Translations under genes and position numbers: made by a program
Notes under the pieces: model-generated
Database searches by the model: none
What the model was told of the DNA's origin: nothing
What the model saw: the letters and a program-made list of their open reading frames with translations, nothing else
Assembly (NCBI GenBank): GCA_030167865.1
Contig: JALAGF010003208.1
Span: 1 to 45,952 of the forward strand
Reading direction: 5' to 3'
Source: Craspedostauros australis
Lineage: Eukaryota
Length of the DNA stretch: 45,952 nt
Shown: positions 36,201 through 45,952 of the stretch, in pieces
Position numbering within the stretch: the first letter of the stretch is position 1
Layout: each line of letters begins with the position of its first letter

Positions 36201-37491
36201 CCCGTGACGCCGCGGTGCTCTCTGAGATAGGCCAGGAAGGAGATGGTCTGCAACGTCTTGCCCAGGCCCATCTCATCGGCCAGGATCCCGTTGATGCCAT
36301 TGCAATGCAGCTTGATGATCCAATTCAATCCCTCTAGCTGGTAGGGGTGCATCTTGCAATGCGATGCCAAAATGCTTGGCTGCTTGTCAATCCTCACAAC
36401 GCGACGTTTGGACTGAGCCGACTTGAGCATCTGCGCATCCTCCTCCGCTTCCGTCATGCGCCCCTTCTTGCCCCGGGATCCGTTCTTCTTCCCCTTTCCC
36501 TTTCCGGCCGCCGCCACGGAACCTGATCATGTGACGTTCGTGATTTCAAGAGAAAGTAATTGTGTGATCAACAGGTGTTTGAGTGGGGTACGATTGTCAT
36601 GAACGTTGGTGCATTGAAGGCAAACGCAGGGATGCAGAGCGAAATCTCGAAGGCATACTGGTGCACATGAAAGGTTCATTCAAACAACCATTCAGCCAAG
36701 CACGTTGCCAAACATTCTGTCACGCAGCAGCATTACATCGATCACATCGCTCGCATGGTCACTGTCACACATCAACCACACATCAACCATACACACACAC
36801 ATGCACTCCTCCACAGCAAATGTGGTCCTTTGCACGAATCTTGCGTTGTGGCCGAACCAAACTCACCTGCCAGGAAGTGCGCAAATACCTCGGATTGCTT
36901 CACAAGGTATTGCAACTGCGTCGACACATCCGCTGCGTTGGATGGTGCAGCCTGAGACACGGTCTTTTGCTCTGCGATCATGAGCTCCATTTGCTCCTTG
37001 CGTGCTGCTTCCATCTCCTTGGCGCTCTCTTGTGCGAGCCGGATTCGCTCAGCCTCAGCCTCCTTGTCTTCCTTCGTTGGTTCCTTCTCTGTGTCTGTCG
37101 CTGCTGCTGATGCAGTGCCATCCACTGGAGATGTCGCAGTTCCTTCCTTGGCACCTGCCACAGCCTGACTATCATTCAAACCCTCATCTGCCTCGTCCGC
37201 CTCATCGATGCCTTCCAAGTCCAGGCCGTCCAATTCCACCTTGTCGTCGTCATCATCATCGTCATCATTATCATCTGCTTCTCTCCCTTCATGCTTTTCC
37301 TTGCCATCCTTTTCTTCCTCGACATCCATTTTATCTTCAGAGGATACTTGATCGCTAGAAGGTTTCGCATCATTGTCGGCTGATACGTTGTCGTTAGATT
37401 TGCCTTCGTCTTTGCTGTCGTTTTTGTCATTGGCAGGATCAGCAACCAGGGCACCCTCCTTCTCCTTCCTTGCGGCCTGATCGGTGGACAT
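33223..37491 (-). CDS. ISWI: ISWI-type SNF2 chromatin-remodelling ATPase, ~1,219 aa, exons 37491-36867, 36522-35849, 35583-33223
   Basis: [81 protein letters not shown]/SLIDE-type C-terminus (RQRKRNY, GFPDWSRKDF, EEEDAFL, FRFDWFFKSR). Introns 36866-36523 and 35848-35584 are canonical and keep frame. Confidence 0.96.
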
Positions 37492-37760
37492 CGTGGCTCT
37501 TCTTCTGTTCCGCTTTTGACACGATGAGGAACGATGCACGTATGTTCACGGGTGGACCCCCTTCGATGGAATAAGCTGGAGTAGTCGCCGGGATACGCGT
37601 ATGTCTGTGATGTCTGACGCTGCTCTCTTCGTTTTGTGTCTGTTTTGTTGTTGTGGTGATCCTGTTGTGTTCAATTGCGTCAACCTCGTTGATTTCATCA
37701 CTTGGCAGTTTAGTCGCTAGTATTTTCGGCACATCTTTCAGTTTGGATGTGGTTTCGGTC

Positions 37761-37810
37761 GAATGAGTCATTCTGGCGCGGTTGCTTGTGTCGCACGTGA
37801 CGTCATGACG
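37761..37810. promoter_or_regulatory. Candidate bZIP/bHLH site cluster in the divergent ISWI / methyltransferase intergenic region
   Basis: GAATGAGTCATTC (inverted repeat around an AP-1-like TGAGTCA, 37761-37773) and overlapping CACGTG / TGACGTCA / TGACG (37794-37810). Function is inferred from motif similarity only. Confidence 0.4.
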
Positions 37811-37950
37811 AGATCCCATCATCATCTTCGTTTCTCAACCACACAACCACAAACAAATCAAGCACCAAATTGATGGATTCCGACACTGACCCATCGCCAA
37901 CCCACAACCAGTCCACCACAATCCAACGCTGCCAATTGTGGAAGACAAGA

Positions 37951-39138
37951 ATGAAGGAAGTGACGGTCCAGATCCCCGAGGGTGCCGAGCCAGGGGACAC
38001 CCTGACGCTCGAGATTGATGGCGCAGCTTTGGAGATCGAGGTGCCCGCCGGAGCGGTGGTCGGTGATGTGCTGAGCTTGCAGATTGCCACTGATCCTACC
38101 GTGGACGAGGGTGACAAGGCAGAAGGCAGCGAGCAGCAGCAACAACAATATGAGGAGGAGGAAGGAGGAAAAGGAGATGATCAGCAACGACCGAACGAGC
38201 AGCAGCAGACTTCGATTCTGTTAGCATCTGGAAAGCAGCTGCAAATGCCGCAACCTGCAGAGCAGGGCCACATCGAGGAGGGTGCTGGAGATATCGATGC
38301 ACAAGATGAGTCCTGCGATGGAACGCATCGAATGCTTTGGCCGTCGGCACGCAAGCTCATCGAGCTGGTTGGAGGCAGCAATGCTCCGCAGCAAGTGAAA
38401 GATCTATTGGGACAGAGAAATGACGGAACCGTGATCGAACTGGGATCAGGTCTTGGATACGCAGGTTTGGTTGTTGGACACATGCTGGCACAGTACAGTC
38501 TGAGGAAAAGCAATGGAAGTGGCGATGGTGATGAAAATGGAAGCGCCGGGCCAAACGACAGCAGAAAAACACTCCAAGTGTTCTTGACGGACGTTCCGGC
38601 TGCGTTGCCGGCACTCCAACGGAGCGTGAATGGCAATCGGAGCCTGTGCGATGATTACATGGAGGTTCAATGCCTCCCGTTGCAATGGGGGTCGACCGAG
38701 CCCAACCAAGCACTTCTCGCAACCGCCGATTGGATCGTCGCATCTGATGTTCTCTACAACCACAAGTACATTCCGCAGCTCGTTGCGACAGTGCAGAGAC
38801 TCGTGCGTGACTCCACGAGGATCCTCATCGCCGTTCGTTGGCGCAAGCCGCAGGAAGAACGTGTCTTCTTCGACAGCTTGTCCGACGTCGTTCGGTGGGA
38901 GCTGATGCCAGGTTCGGCATGCCCGTTGTCGTGGAAGGAGTACGGCAATCCAGCTTGCGAAGCATCCAACAAGTACTTCTCGCAGACGTCAGTCGGTGTG
39001 GCAGGCAAGCCGACCCCGTTGGCAGATATCGACGAGGCCGCAAACCAGCGCATGTACGGCGACGAGTACGAGGCGTGGGAGAATCTGCAGGTCCAAATAT
39101 ATCTCGGCACGGTCATCTCACCCTCCGCTGGCCCTTGA
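37951..39138 (+). CDS. Family-16 (METTL21-like) seven-beta-strand protein lysine methyltransferase (alternative ATG at 37873)
   Basis: GTHRMLWPSARKL, motif I VIELGSGLGYAGL, post-I VFLTD, LQWG and the DxxY motif IVASDVLY. N-terminal VxIPEGxxPGD / IEVPAGxxVGD repeat pair. Confidence 0.85.
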   Translation: MKEVTVQIPEGAEPGDTLTLEIDGAALEIEVPAGAVVGDVLSLQIATDPTVDEGDKAEGSEQQQQQYEEEEGGKGDDQQRPNEQQQTSILLASGKQLQMPQPAEQGHIEEGAGDIDAQDESCDGTHRMLWPSARKLIELVGGSNAPQQVKDLLGQRNDGTVIELGSGLGYAGLVVGHMLAQYSLRKSNGSGDGDENGSAGPNDSRKTLQVFLTDVPAALPALQRSVNGNRSLCDDYMEVQCLPLQWGSTEPNQALLATADWIVASDVLYNHKYIPQLVATVQRLVRDSTRILIAVRWRKPQEERVFFDSLSDVVRWELMPGSACPLSWKEYGNPACEASNKYFSQTSVGVAGKPTPLADIDEAANQRMYGDEYEAWENLQVQIYLGTVISPSAGP

Positions 39139-39699
39139 ACCGATAATATTAGGCGAGTATGTTGGTTGGATGCAAACGCAGTAGAGTAGAGAGAGCGATC
39201 GTCACATATTACTGCCCCCTCTGTCGTAGCGTGTTCTTGCTCGGGGATGACACGAGTACGAGCTGCACCAAACCGTAAACTGTTCACGATAACACTAGTT
39301 GTGGAGTTTTGTTCGTGTTGAATCCACAGCAATAACCACGACCAAAGCTGATCAACCAATCAGAAGCCGCTTCTTGTGATGACCCTCCGCCGCCAAACCG
39401 CACAAAGAAGACACCTCCCATCGATTTGGGAGTTCCCAAGGCGGATGAGCACAATCAGGCATCACCTTGCCCTGCCCAAGGCTTCGAGCCACGAACTACG
39501 GACACACCAGCATCTGCAGAGGAGTCGACAGGGAGACAAAGACAACGACAGAGGAGCTTCACACGGCTCCGCAACATAAAACGCCACATGGCAACACCCA
39601 CTGAGCCAGCTGAAGCACCGAACGCGTACGAATAGCTTGATTGGACCGGCAAGATATCTCACGGGTTTACCATACACTCGTACTATACAGACATCCAAG

Positions 39700-41808
39700 A
39701 TGACAGCTGCCGCAATCGATGACAGGTCAGCTGATGGCGACGACGCGCGTCCGTCCCAGCAACAGCAGCAGCAGCAGCAGCATAGTTCGGTTGGCGGAGA
39801 CGAATCGGAGGACGTGGGAAGCTCCTCGTTCGATCAGGAGGATTCGGAGACGAGGAGCACCACCAGCGGCCACGAGGAGGGAGTGGCGCGAAGGCGGAAC
39901 TCCTACGATGATCTGAACGAGCATCAAATCACGGGGCTCAACTTCGTGATGGAGCACCGCATCTTCCTCAATGCCATCCTCGGACTTCTCACGGACCGGG
40001 ACAAGAACGCGACCCAGATAGGCATGAACGACCCCAACGTCCTCAAGTGCGGGCCGTTGAAGAAGGCGTCGCATCTGGTCTCGGGAGTGTGGAAGCAGAA
40101 GTACTGCGAGGTGCGGCGGGGCATGTTCTCGTACTACGAGGACGCCAGGTCCGACAACAAGGTCCAGGAAGGCCTGCAACGCAAGAACGTGCCCTTGGAG
40201 TACGGTGCGTGCGCGTGCCGAGCCGTCAAGATCCACAGGAAGGGTCTCAACATCACCCCGGGTGGCGCCATCTTCGAGATCAAGCTGGGCAACACGCGCC
40301 GTCTGTGGTTGGCGAGATCCCGAGCAGAAAGGCAGGCCTGGATCCAGGCAATCCAGAGCGCCATCGTGGGTGGCTCCGTCACGCGCAACAACAACGAACC
40401 TGCCTCCGGACACAAGGGGCTCCTGGGCGGGGTCAACTCTCGCTCGCCGTACAAACAGGATCTCAAGCTGTACCAGAAGATCAAGTCGGCCGTGAAGACC
40501 GCCGGCACCAAGAAGGAGTACCTTGCGGTGTTGGGCGAACTGCGCGGCGGCTGCCTCGACATTCCTGTGCAGTGGATGATGGCGCAGACGGAACGTGCTG
40601 GTTCGGCGCCCACCTCCATCTTCTACGAAGACTCGATGGACGGTGGCGTCGAGCAGCTTCGCAAAGATCTGCGACGTGATACGCTCAAGATCAACGACGA
40701 TCTGTACGAAGGTGACAGCGGCCATGCGTCCGAGAAGATCATCGCAGGGCTGGCGAGGAACATCCTGGAGATCAGCAAGACATCGGACTACCCGCGAAAA
40801 TTGGCCATCCCCGAATCGAAGGCCTTCATGTTCGCCAGAGACGTCCTGCTGTCGAGCAACCGGACTCGATCTGGTGGCGATTCCTACTTCTGTGTCGACA
40901 CCTTGGTGAACAATCCGAATCTCGTGGTGACGGTTCCGAGTTCTCGCGAGGCAGAACCCGTGTCTATTACGGTGGAGATCGACGAAGATGACAGCCCTAT
41001 CAACTTCGGCCATTCCAGCAAGTCCGGATGGGCCAGAACACGGCACAACCTTCAAAAGTCCTGGCGCAAGCGGTATTTCGTTCTGGCGGAAGGCACGCTC
41101 AGCATCTACATGAACGCCACACCTCGACCGCACGGTCTGCGTGGCCAGCTGGTCATTGCAGATTCTTCCATTGCCGTCGACCGCTACAAGGACGATCCGA
41201 ACCAGCTGGTCATCACAATCACATCGAAGGATGGGTTGAAGATTCGGACGATGCGCTTCCAAGATCAGGTGAGGATGATCTCCTGGGTCTACGCCCTCGA
41301 ATGCGCCGCTCGGCGTCCATCATCCATCGCAAACTCGACTATCGGGCAGCTGCGACGCCGGCTCAGCCCCAACAAGACCAGCCAGGCCACAAAGACAGAT
41401 GGGGCCGTGCGCTGGAGCACCGTCATCGAAGACGCAGTCAAGGTGCACGCGAAAAAGATCTCGTTGGATAGCACCACGGTCGACCAGCAGCTCACAGGCT
41501 TGACGCTGCAAGCCACCGTGGCCATCAAGCTATGCGTGAGGGCGAGCACCGAATACAACGTTTGTACGACCGACCCGCAAGGCGATGACGGCGACACATG
41601 GGCGACCATCAGCTCCACATTTCTGCAAACATTCTGCATCAGAGAAGGCAAACTCGATCGCGGCGAGGAGATCGTTCGGCTGGTGGTGTCCAAGTGCGCG
41701 GATCCCATGAACTTTGCCGATGCGTTGGGCGATGAAGGCAGTGCACCAGCGACAGCAGGAGGAGGGACGGGAACTACGCGCTTGTTCAAACGAGCAAGCA
41801 ACACCTGA
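39700..41808 (+). CDS. Protein with two PH domains, ~702 aa, function unknown
   Basis: PH1: LKCGPLKK...WKQKYCEVRRGMFSYYE...ERQAWIQAIQ. PH2: KSGWARTR...SWRKRYFVLAEGTLSIY...MISWVYALE. Long intact ORF. Confidence 0.85.
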   Translation: MTAAAIDDRSADGDDARPSQQQQQQQQHSSVGGDESEDVGSSSFDQEDSETRSTTSGHEEGVARRRNSYDDLNEHQITGLNFVMEHRIFLNAILGLLTDRDKNATQIGMNDPNVLKCGPLKKASHLVSGVWKQKYCEVRRGMFSYYEDARSDNKVQEGLQRKNVPLEYGACACRAVKIHRKGLNITPGGAIFEIKLGNTRRLWLARSRAERQAWIQAIQSAIVGGSVTRNNNEPASGHKGLLGGVNSRSPYKQDLKLYQKIKSAVKTAGTKKEYLAVLGELRGGCLDIPVQWMMAQTERAGSAPTSIFYEDSMDGGVEQLRKDLRRDTLKINDDLYEGDSGHASEKIIAGLARNILEISKTSDYPRKLAIPESKAFMFARDVLLSSNRTRSGGDSYFCVDTLVNNPNLVVTVPSSREAEPVSITVEIDEDDSPINFGHSSKSGWARTRHNLQKSWRKRYFVLAEGTLSIYMNATPRPHGLRGQLVIADSSIAVDRYKDDPNQLVITITSKDGLKIRTMRFQDQVRMISWVYALECAARRPSSIANSTIGQLRRRLSPNKTSQATKTDGAVRWSTVIEDAVKVHAKKISLDSTTVDQQLTGLTLQATVAIKLCVRASTEYNVCTTDPQGDDGDTWATISSTFLQTFCIREGKLDRGEEIVRLVVSKCADPMNFADALGDEGSAPATAGGGTGTTRLFKRASNT

Positions 41809-42275
41809 TGTGAATGTACGTATCGTCATGATTTCCAATATTTGTGCGAGATGTCAATACGAGTCGAACACCAGCACTGTACGTATGTGATGGATGAGAC
41901 AAAAGGAGGTCTTTGCAATTAACAGGAACGCAACTAGTATTCTACGATGGAGTATGCTCGCAGAACGCTGCATGGTTGTGCAGATCGATTTGAAGGTTGC
42001 TGCGGGATGGTTATTCTCGTATTCTGTGGCATGGGCATCAGAAGTGTGAGCACCTCCGAAGAGAAGTTCTCGAATCACGAGTGTAGGCTTGAACTTCTAT
42101 GAAGTTACCGGTTCGTGCGTTCACGAAATCGGATACGCGAGCATTGTCCGCCTCCAGTTCAAAAATATGCTCCGGGTGCGTTCATTCAGGAGACAACCGT
42201 CATTGCACAGAGGGCCGCCGTCGAAGTACTCGTTCACCGTTCGCACGCGAGCTTGTCATCGTACTCGCAGATACA

Positions 42276-44099
42276 TCAGTCGAACTCCCGCTTGGAGTCA
42301 TAGAGACCCACGAATGCCGCGGCGCCCAGAGCAAACACAATGGAGTTGAGACCAAAAACGTAGCTCCAGTCCTGATGCGTCATATCGAGGATCTTGCCGG
42401 TGGTGTAGACACCGAAGGTTCCGCACATGACAGCTGGGAGGCTCGTCACGCTATACAGCAGTCCCGTCCACTTCTCTCCCGCCTTCTCTTGGTTTGCCGC
42501 ACCGTATCCTGCCGCGTTGAAGGATTGGAATGCGACGGAACCGCTGAGCAGGCATTGGGCGGTAGTCGGGTCGTCGGGGATATGCAGGGACAGCGTTGCC
42601 AAGCAGGCCGCCGCGCCGAACAATCCAAGGCCTTGGAATGCTCTGCGAATGTTGGTCACTGCCTCGTCCGTTCGCTCTTCCATGTTCTGGATGATGGTGT
42701 CCGCGACGCTACCGGCAAAGAAACCGCCTGCTGCACCTGCCAGCGACGGCACGATGAGGAGCAGCGCCGATTCCTTAACGTTGAGACCGTACTGCTCGAA
42801 GTAGAACGTCGGTGCCCAGGATAGGTTGTTGTACAGTCCCCAGTTGTTTGCGGCGTGAGCGAGCACCATGGCCCAAACTCCCTTGGATTTGGCAAAGTCA
42901 GCCCAAGGAGCCTGGCTCAATATCTTAGAAGCATCTTTCATTGCGTCCTGCAGGCTTTCGTCACCATTGTTACTGCCATTGTTGGTTACAACCTCCGCGT
43001 CGATTGCGGCACTGTTCTTCCTTGTGCCACTGCTGCTTCTGCTGCTTGTCGTAGTTTTAGTGTCAAACGTGGCTGCGGCGCGTTCCAACCAATTGATCTC
43101 TACATTGGTCGGTCTTGACTCCGCGACAGGAACCGGCATGGGCTTGTCTTGCGCAAGCATCAACCAAGGTACCAGGTACAGCAATCCCATCGTGCCGTAA
43201 ATGTAGAACAAGCTCCTCCAATCATGGAACATGTCCAAGAGATAGGGACTCAGTATGTAGGAGAGGATGGTTCCGGATTGGAATCCCGCGAAGAGGATGG
43301 CGACCGACAGGCTCTTCTTTTGGGCTGGGATCCAGTTCGAGTACAGCTTTTGCACGGTGGGGATGACGACGCTCTCGCTCGCACCCACCAGCGCTCTGCA
43401 AAAGAGCAGATATCCCATTTGGGATTGCGCTGCTGCGAAGGGGGTTGCGATCGTTCCGGCGCTCCAAAGCAGGACGCCTATGGACATGAAGGCGCGCGGT
43501 GAGAGGTACGGCAGCAAGAGACCGCACGGCACGATGCCCAGCCCGTACCCGAGACTGAAGAATGATGATATCTCGCCCTTGGTGGTGTCCGTGTATCCCA
43601 TCTCGCCCGACATGGGCACCAAGGCCACGCTCATCGATGATCGGTCCAGCGCCGACAAAGATGCGACGAAGAAGATGAGACCGAGCATCGTGTTGATCAT
43701 GGATTGGTTCGAGGTTTGGACTGAATCGACCGGCAGAAAACCACCGATGGTGTTCTTTGTTGCACTGGATTCAACGAGACTATTGGCAGTCGCATCATCG
43801 GCAACGTCGTCCGTCGAATTCCGCAATCTCGCGATCATCCTGTCCACCGATGACATTCGCAGCTGGGTGCTGCCTTGGCATTCCATGTCAACAAAGACGG
43901 ACGTTGGTTTCCGAGGCGAGTTGAGATCTCTTCGTTGCCGCTCATTCTCAAATGATCGGAAATGTGTCCCTGCGCTGTTTCTGTTGCTGATCCTGTCATG
44001 GCTCAGCTGAAATGCTGTGACTGCAGGAGTAGTGCCCAAAGTAGCAATTGCACACAGCATGAAGGTGGCCATTGTCGCTGCGTTTCGCCAACGATTCAT
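42276..44099 (-). CDS. MFS anion:cation symporter (SLC17/PHT4-ANTR-like), probably plastid-targeted, 607 aa
   Basis: About 12 hydrophobic segments; LDRSSMSVALVPM, SSFFSLGY, RALVGASE and WAMVLAHAANNWGLYNNLSWAPTFY resemble plant PHT4/ANTR. N-terminal signal peptide ends VTA|FQL and is followed by a transit-like region. Confidence 0.85.
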   Translation of the reverse strand: MNRWRNAATMATFMLCAIATLGTTPAVTAFQLSHDRISNRNSAGTHFRSFENERQRRDLNSPRKPTSVFVDMECQGSTQLRMSSVDRMIARLRNSTDDVADDATANSLVESSATKNTIGGFLPVDSVQTSNQSMINTMLGLIFFVASLSALDRSSMSVALVPMSGEMGYTDTTKGEISSFFSLGYGLGIVPCGLLLPYLSPRAFMSIGVLLWSAGTIATPFAAAQSQMGYLLFCRALVGASESVVIPTVQKLYSNWIPAQKKSLSVAILFAGFQSGTILSYILSPYLLDMFHDWRSLFYIYGTMGLLYLVPWLMLAQDKPMPVPVAESRPTNVEINWLERAAATFDTKTTTSSRSSSGTRKNSAAIDAEVVTNNGSNNGDESLQDAMKDASKILSQAPWADFAKSKGVWAMVLAHAANNWGLYNNLSWAPTFYFEQYGLNVKESALLLIVPSLAGAAGGFFAGSVADTIIQNMEERTDEAVTNIRRAFQGLGLFGAAACLATLSLHIPDDPTTAQCLLSGSVAFQSFNAAGYGAANQEKAGEKWTGLLYSVTSLPAVMCGTFGVYTTGKILDMTHQDWSYVFGLNSIVFALGAAAFVGLYDSKREFD

Positions 44100-44685
44100 G
44101 ACGGATGACTATTCGACGAGTATACTGGTGGGCACTGGTGTGGACAAGACGGTCAACTTCCTTTCAACGCGAGTGTTGCCTGTAGCGTTGTTCCAAGAGT
44201 TTCTATCGTGTGCAATCAAAGTATGTGTCCTGTCAAAATCGAGTTGCGAGGGTGGGTCGCATCAGACTGAGATTGTGAGCATGAACATTGGGTTGCGTCG
44301 CCGTTCCGTCGTGTGCCCCTTTCATCGTGGCCGCTTTGCAGAGGCAACGGCAAGCACATGCATGAGTGTGGATCCACAAGCACAAAGGCGAAGTGGGCAA
44401 AGAATGGTTTGTTGTTTGTTGTTTCAGCTGACGTCACTGCCAACGTCCAGATTCGCTCCTCGTCAACACCTCGCATCTTGTGTGACACGTTGACGCTTCC
44501 GGCAGTCGCACGTGACTAAAGATACTATTGAGTCCCGTACAATTCAATGTCAGGATATGTTCATGTGTCTTCGGAGGACGATCCACCCACCACAGACAGC
44601 ATTCGAAGAGGATCATTTCGTAATTATCTACACTCCACTTGCTTCTTCCGCACTCTGCAAGAGCACAATGATGTGCATCATTTGC

Positions 44686-45952
44686 CTATCGATCACCATT
44701 CACTTTCTCCAGCCATCGTGGCCAGAATTTCTTGAAGCGCGCCATCGCCTGGGTGACGGTATCGAGGCCACCGGCGTACGAAATGCGGAATCTACGTTCT
44801 CCGAAGGTGTCATCGGGATCCTCAAAGTCGATTCCTGGCGTGAAGGCAACGAATTCCTCCTCCAGGAGGCACTTGCACATGTTCACGGTCCCAAAACCAT
44901 CCGCCACGTTCCTGGCGCCCACATCACAGTAGATGTAGAGCCCACCATCCGCAGGTGAAATGCGCACATCTTCGAAAAGAGGAAAGTTGGCCAGCTCGCG
45001 AAGGATCACCTCCCGGCATTGCCTGTACCTGTCGAGGTGTCCCTCAAGCTCCGCAATGGAATCGGCATCCCAACAACTGATGGCGGCGCGTTGGGAGATG
45101 GTGGGAGCACTGATGAACATATTCTGCTGCAAGGAATTGATGGGGCGATCCAAGTGTTCTGGGATTACCATCCATCCCAACCTCCATCCGCACACTGTGA
45201 GGAGAGCGATTGGTCATAATCATGCGAGCGCGTGAGAACGAGAGAGATCATGATCGATGTTAGACGGAGTTTTCAGGTGCATGATTCCAACAATACTCAA
45301 GTGTTTCTGTATGTTGCGGCTGTTGATGCCATTTGCACTTACTGGAGTAGTACTTTGAGAAGCTGTTGATGATCACGGCATTGCTGGAGTACTTCAAGGC
45401 AGTGGCTTCTTCTTTTCCAAATGTGATGCCATGGTAGATCTCATCGGACAGGAACTGGATGTTTTGGTCTTCGCAGAGCTTGCACAGTTCCTCCAGCTCG
45501 TTCGGGCTCAGCATGGCGCCAGTCGGATTGCCAGGCGAAGACAGAATCAAACCCTTGATGCGCGGGTCTTTGCGCTCTTCGCGACGACGGATCTCCGCCG
45601 CCAACTCCTTGGCTGTCAGCTTGAACTCGTCGTTGAGTGGAACGGTCGCGATGTCACAACCAAGTGCCGAAAGGATGTTGCGGTAGCACGGGTAACCGCA
45701 GGATCCGACCGCGACCGTATCGCCAGCGTCGAAACACGCAGAGAAGGCCAACAGAAATCCGCCAGATGACCCGGTCGTCACGACGATTCGGTCGGTGGGG
45801 ACTTCATCCTGCGACAAACCGTATCGATCCTGGTAATGCTGCGAGATCTTTTCGCGCAGAGCGACGAGGCCGAAGGCGTCTGTGTATCCCATGACTTGGT
45901 TTTCGGAGAGGGCGGCAATGGCTGCTTCCGCGACTGGCCTAGGTGCCCCCGT
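44686..45952 (-). CDS. PLP-dependent class I/II aminotransferase, 5' end outside the window; exons >45952-45343 and 45194-44686
   Basis: YTDAFGLVALREKI, VTTGSSGGF, SSPGNPTG and SDEIYHG; the PLP-lysine motif NSFSKYYS|MCGWRLGW is rebuilt across phase-1 intron 45342-45195 (GTAAGT...CAG); C-terminal RFRISYA. Confidence 0.9.

Noticed and set aside
934..39138. A functional nuclear/chromatin gene cluster (ATM, RPC4, ISWI, methyltransferase)
   Set aside because: These genes are interspersed with unrelated metabolic and transport genes. Nothing in the sequence indicates co-regulation beyond ordinary compact gene order.
39727..41262. 511-aa minus-strand ORF
   Set aside because: Antisense shadow of the PH-domain gene. 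It has no motifs, and such shadows are expected from biased codon usage.

Overview
A gene-dense eukaryotic nuclear window, most likely from a diatom. This is inferred from GT-AG spliceosomal introns and three proteins with a signal peptide followed by an 'A|F' (ASAFAP-type) plastid-targeting site. Twelve protein-coding genes can be supported. In order: ATM kinase (3 exons, ~3,735 aa), Pol III subunit RPC4, plastid-type phosphoglucomutase, plastid-type GNAT acetyltransferase, an ankyrin-like 'LPLH' repeat protein, ribosomal protein uS17/RPS11, a TRP-like cation channel, ISWI ATPase, a family-16 lysine methyltransferase, a tandem-PH protein, a plastid-type SLC17/PHT4-like MFS transporter and a 5'-truncated class I/II aminotransferase. 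All ten predicted introns restore the reading frame. I found no recognisable tRNA, rRNA, snRNA, CRISPR array or intact transposon, and no evidence for a novel multi-gene system. The most notable items are the TRP-like channel with extra C-terminal hydrophobic helices, an unassigned domain around the second PH domain, a helix-rich ORF-free island at 20.35-20.71 kb, shared 12-mer upstream motifs, a recurring non-coding TACGAGTA octamer, and an unexplained 3.4 kb interval at 23.6-27.0 kb.
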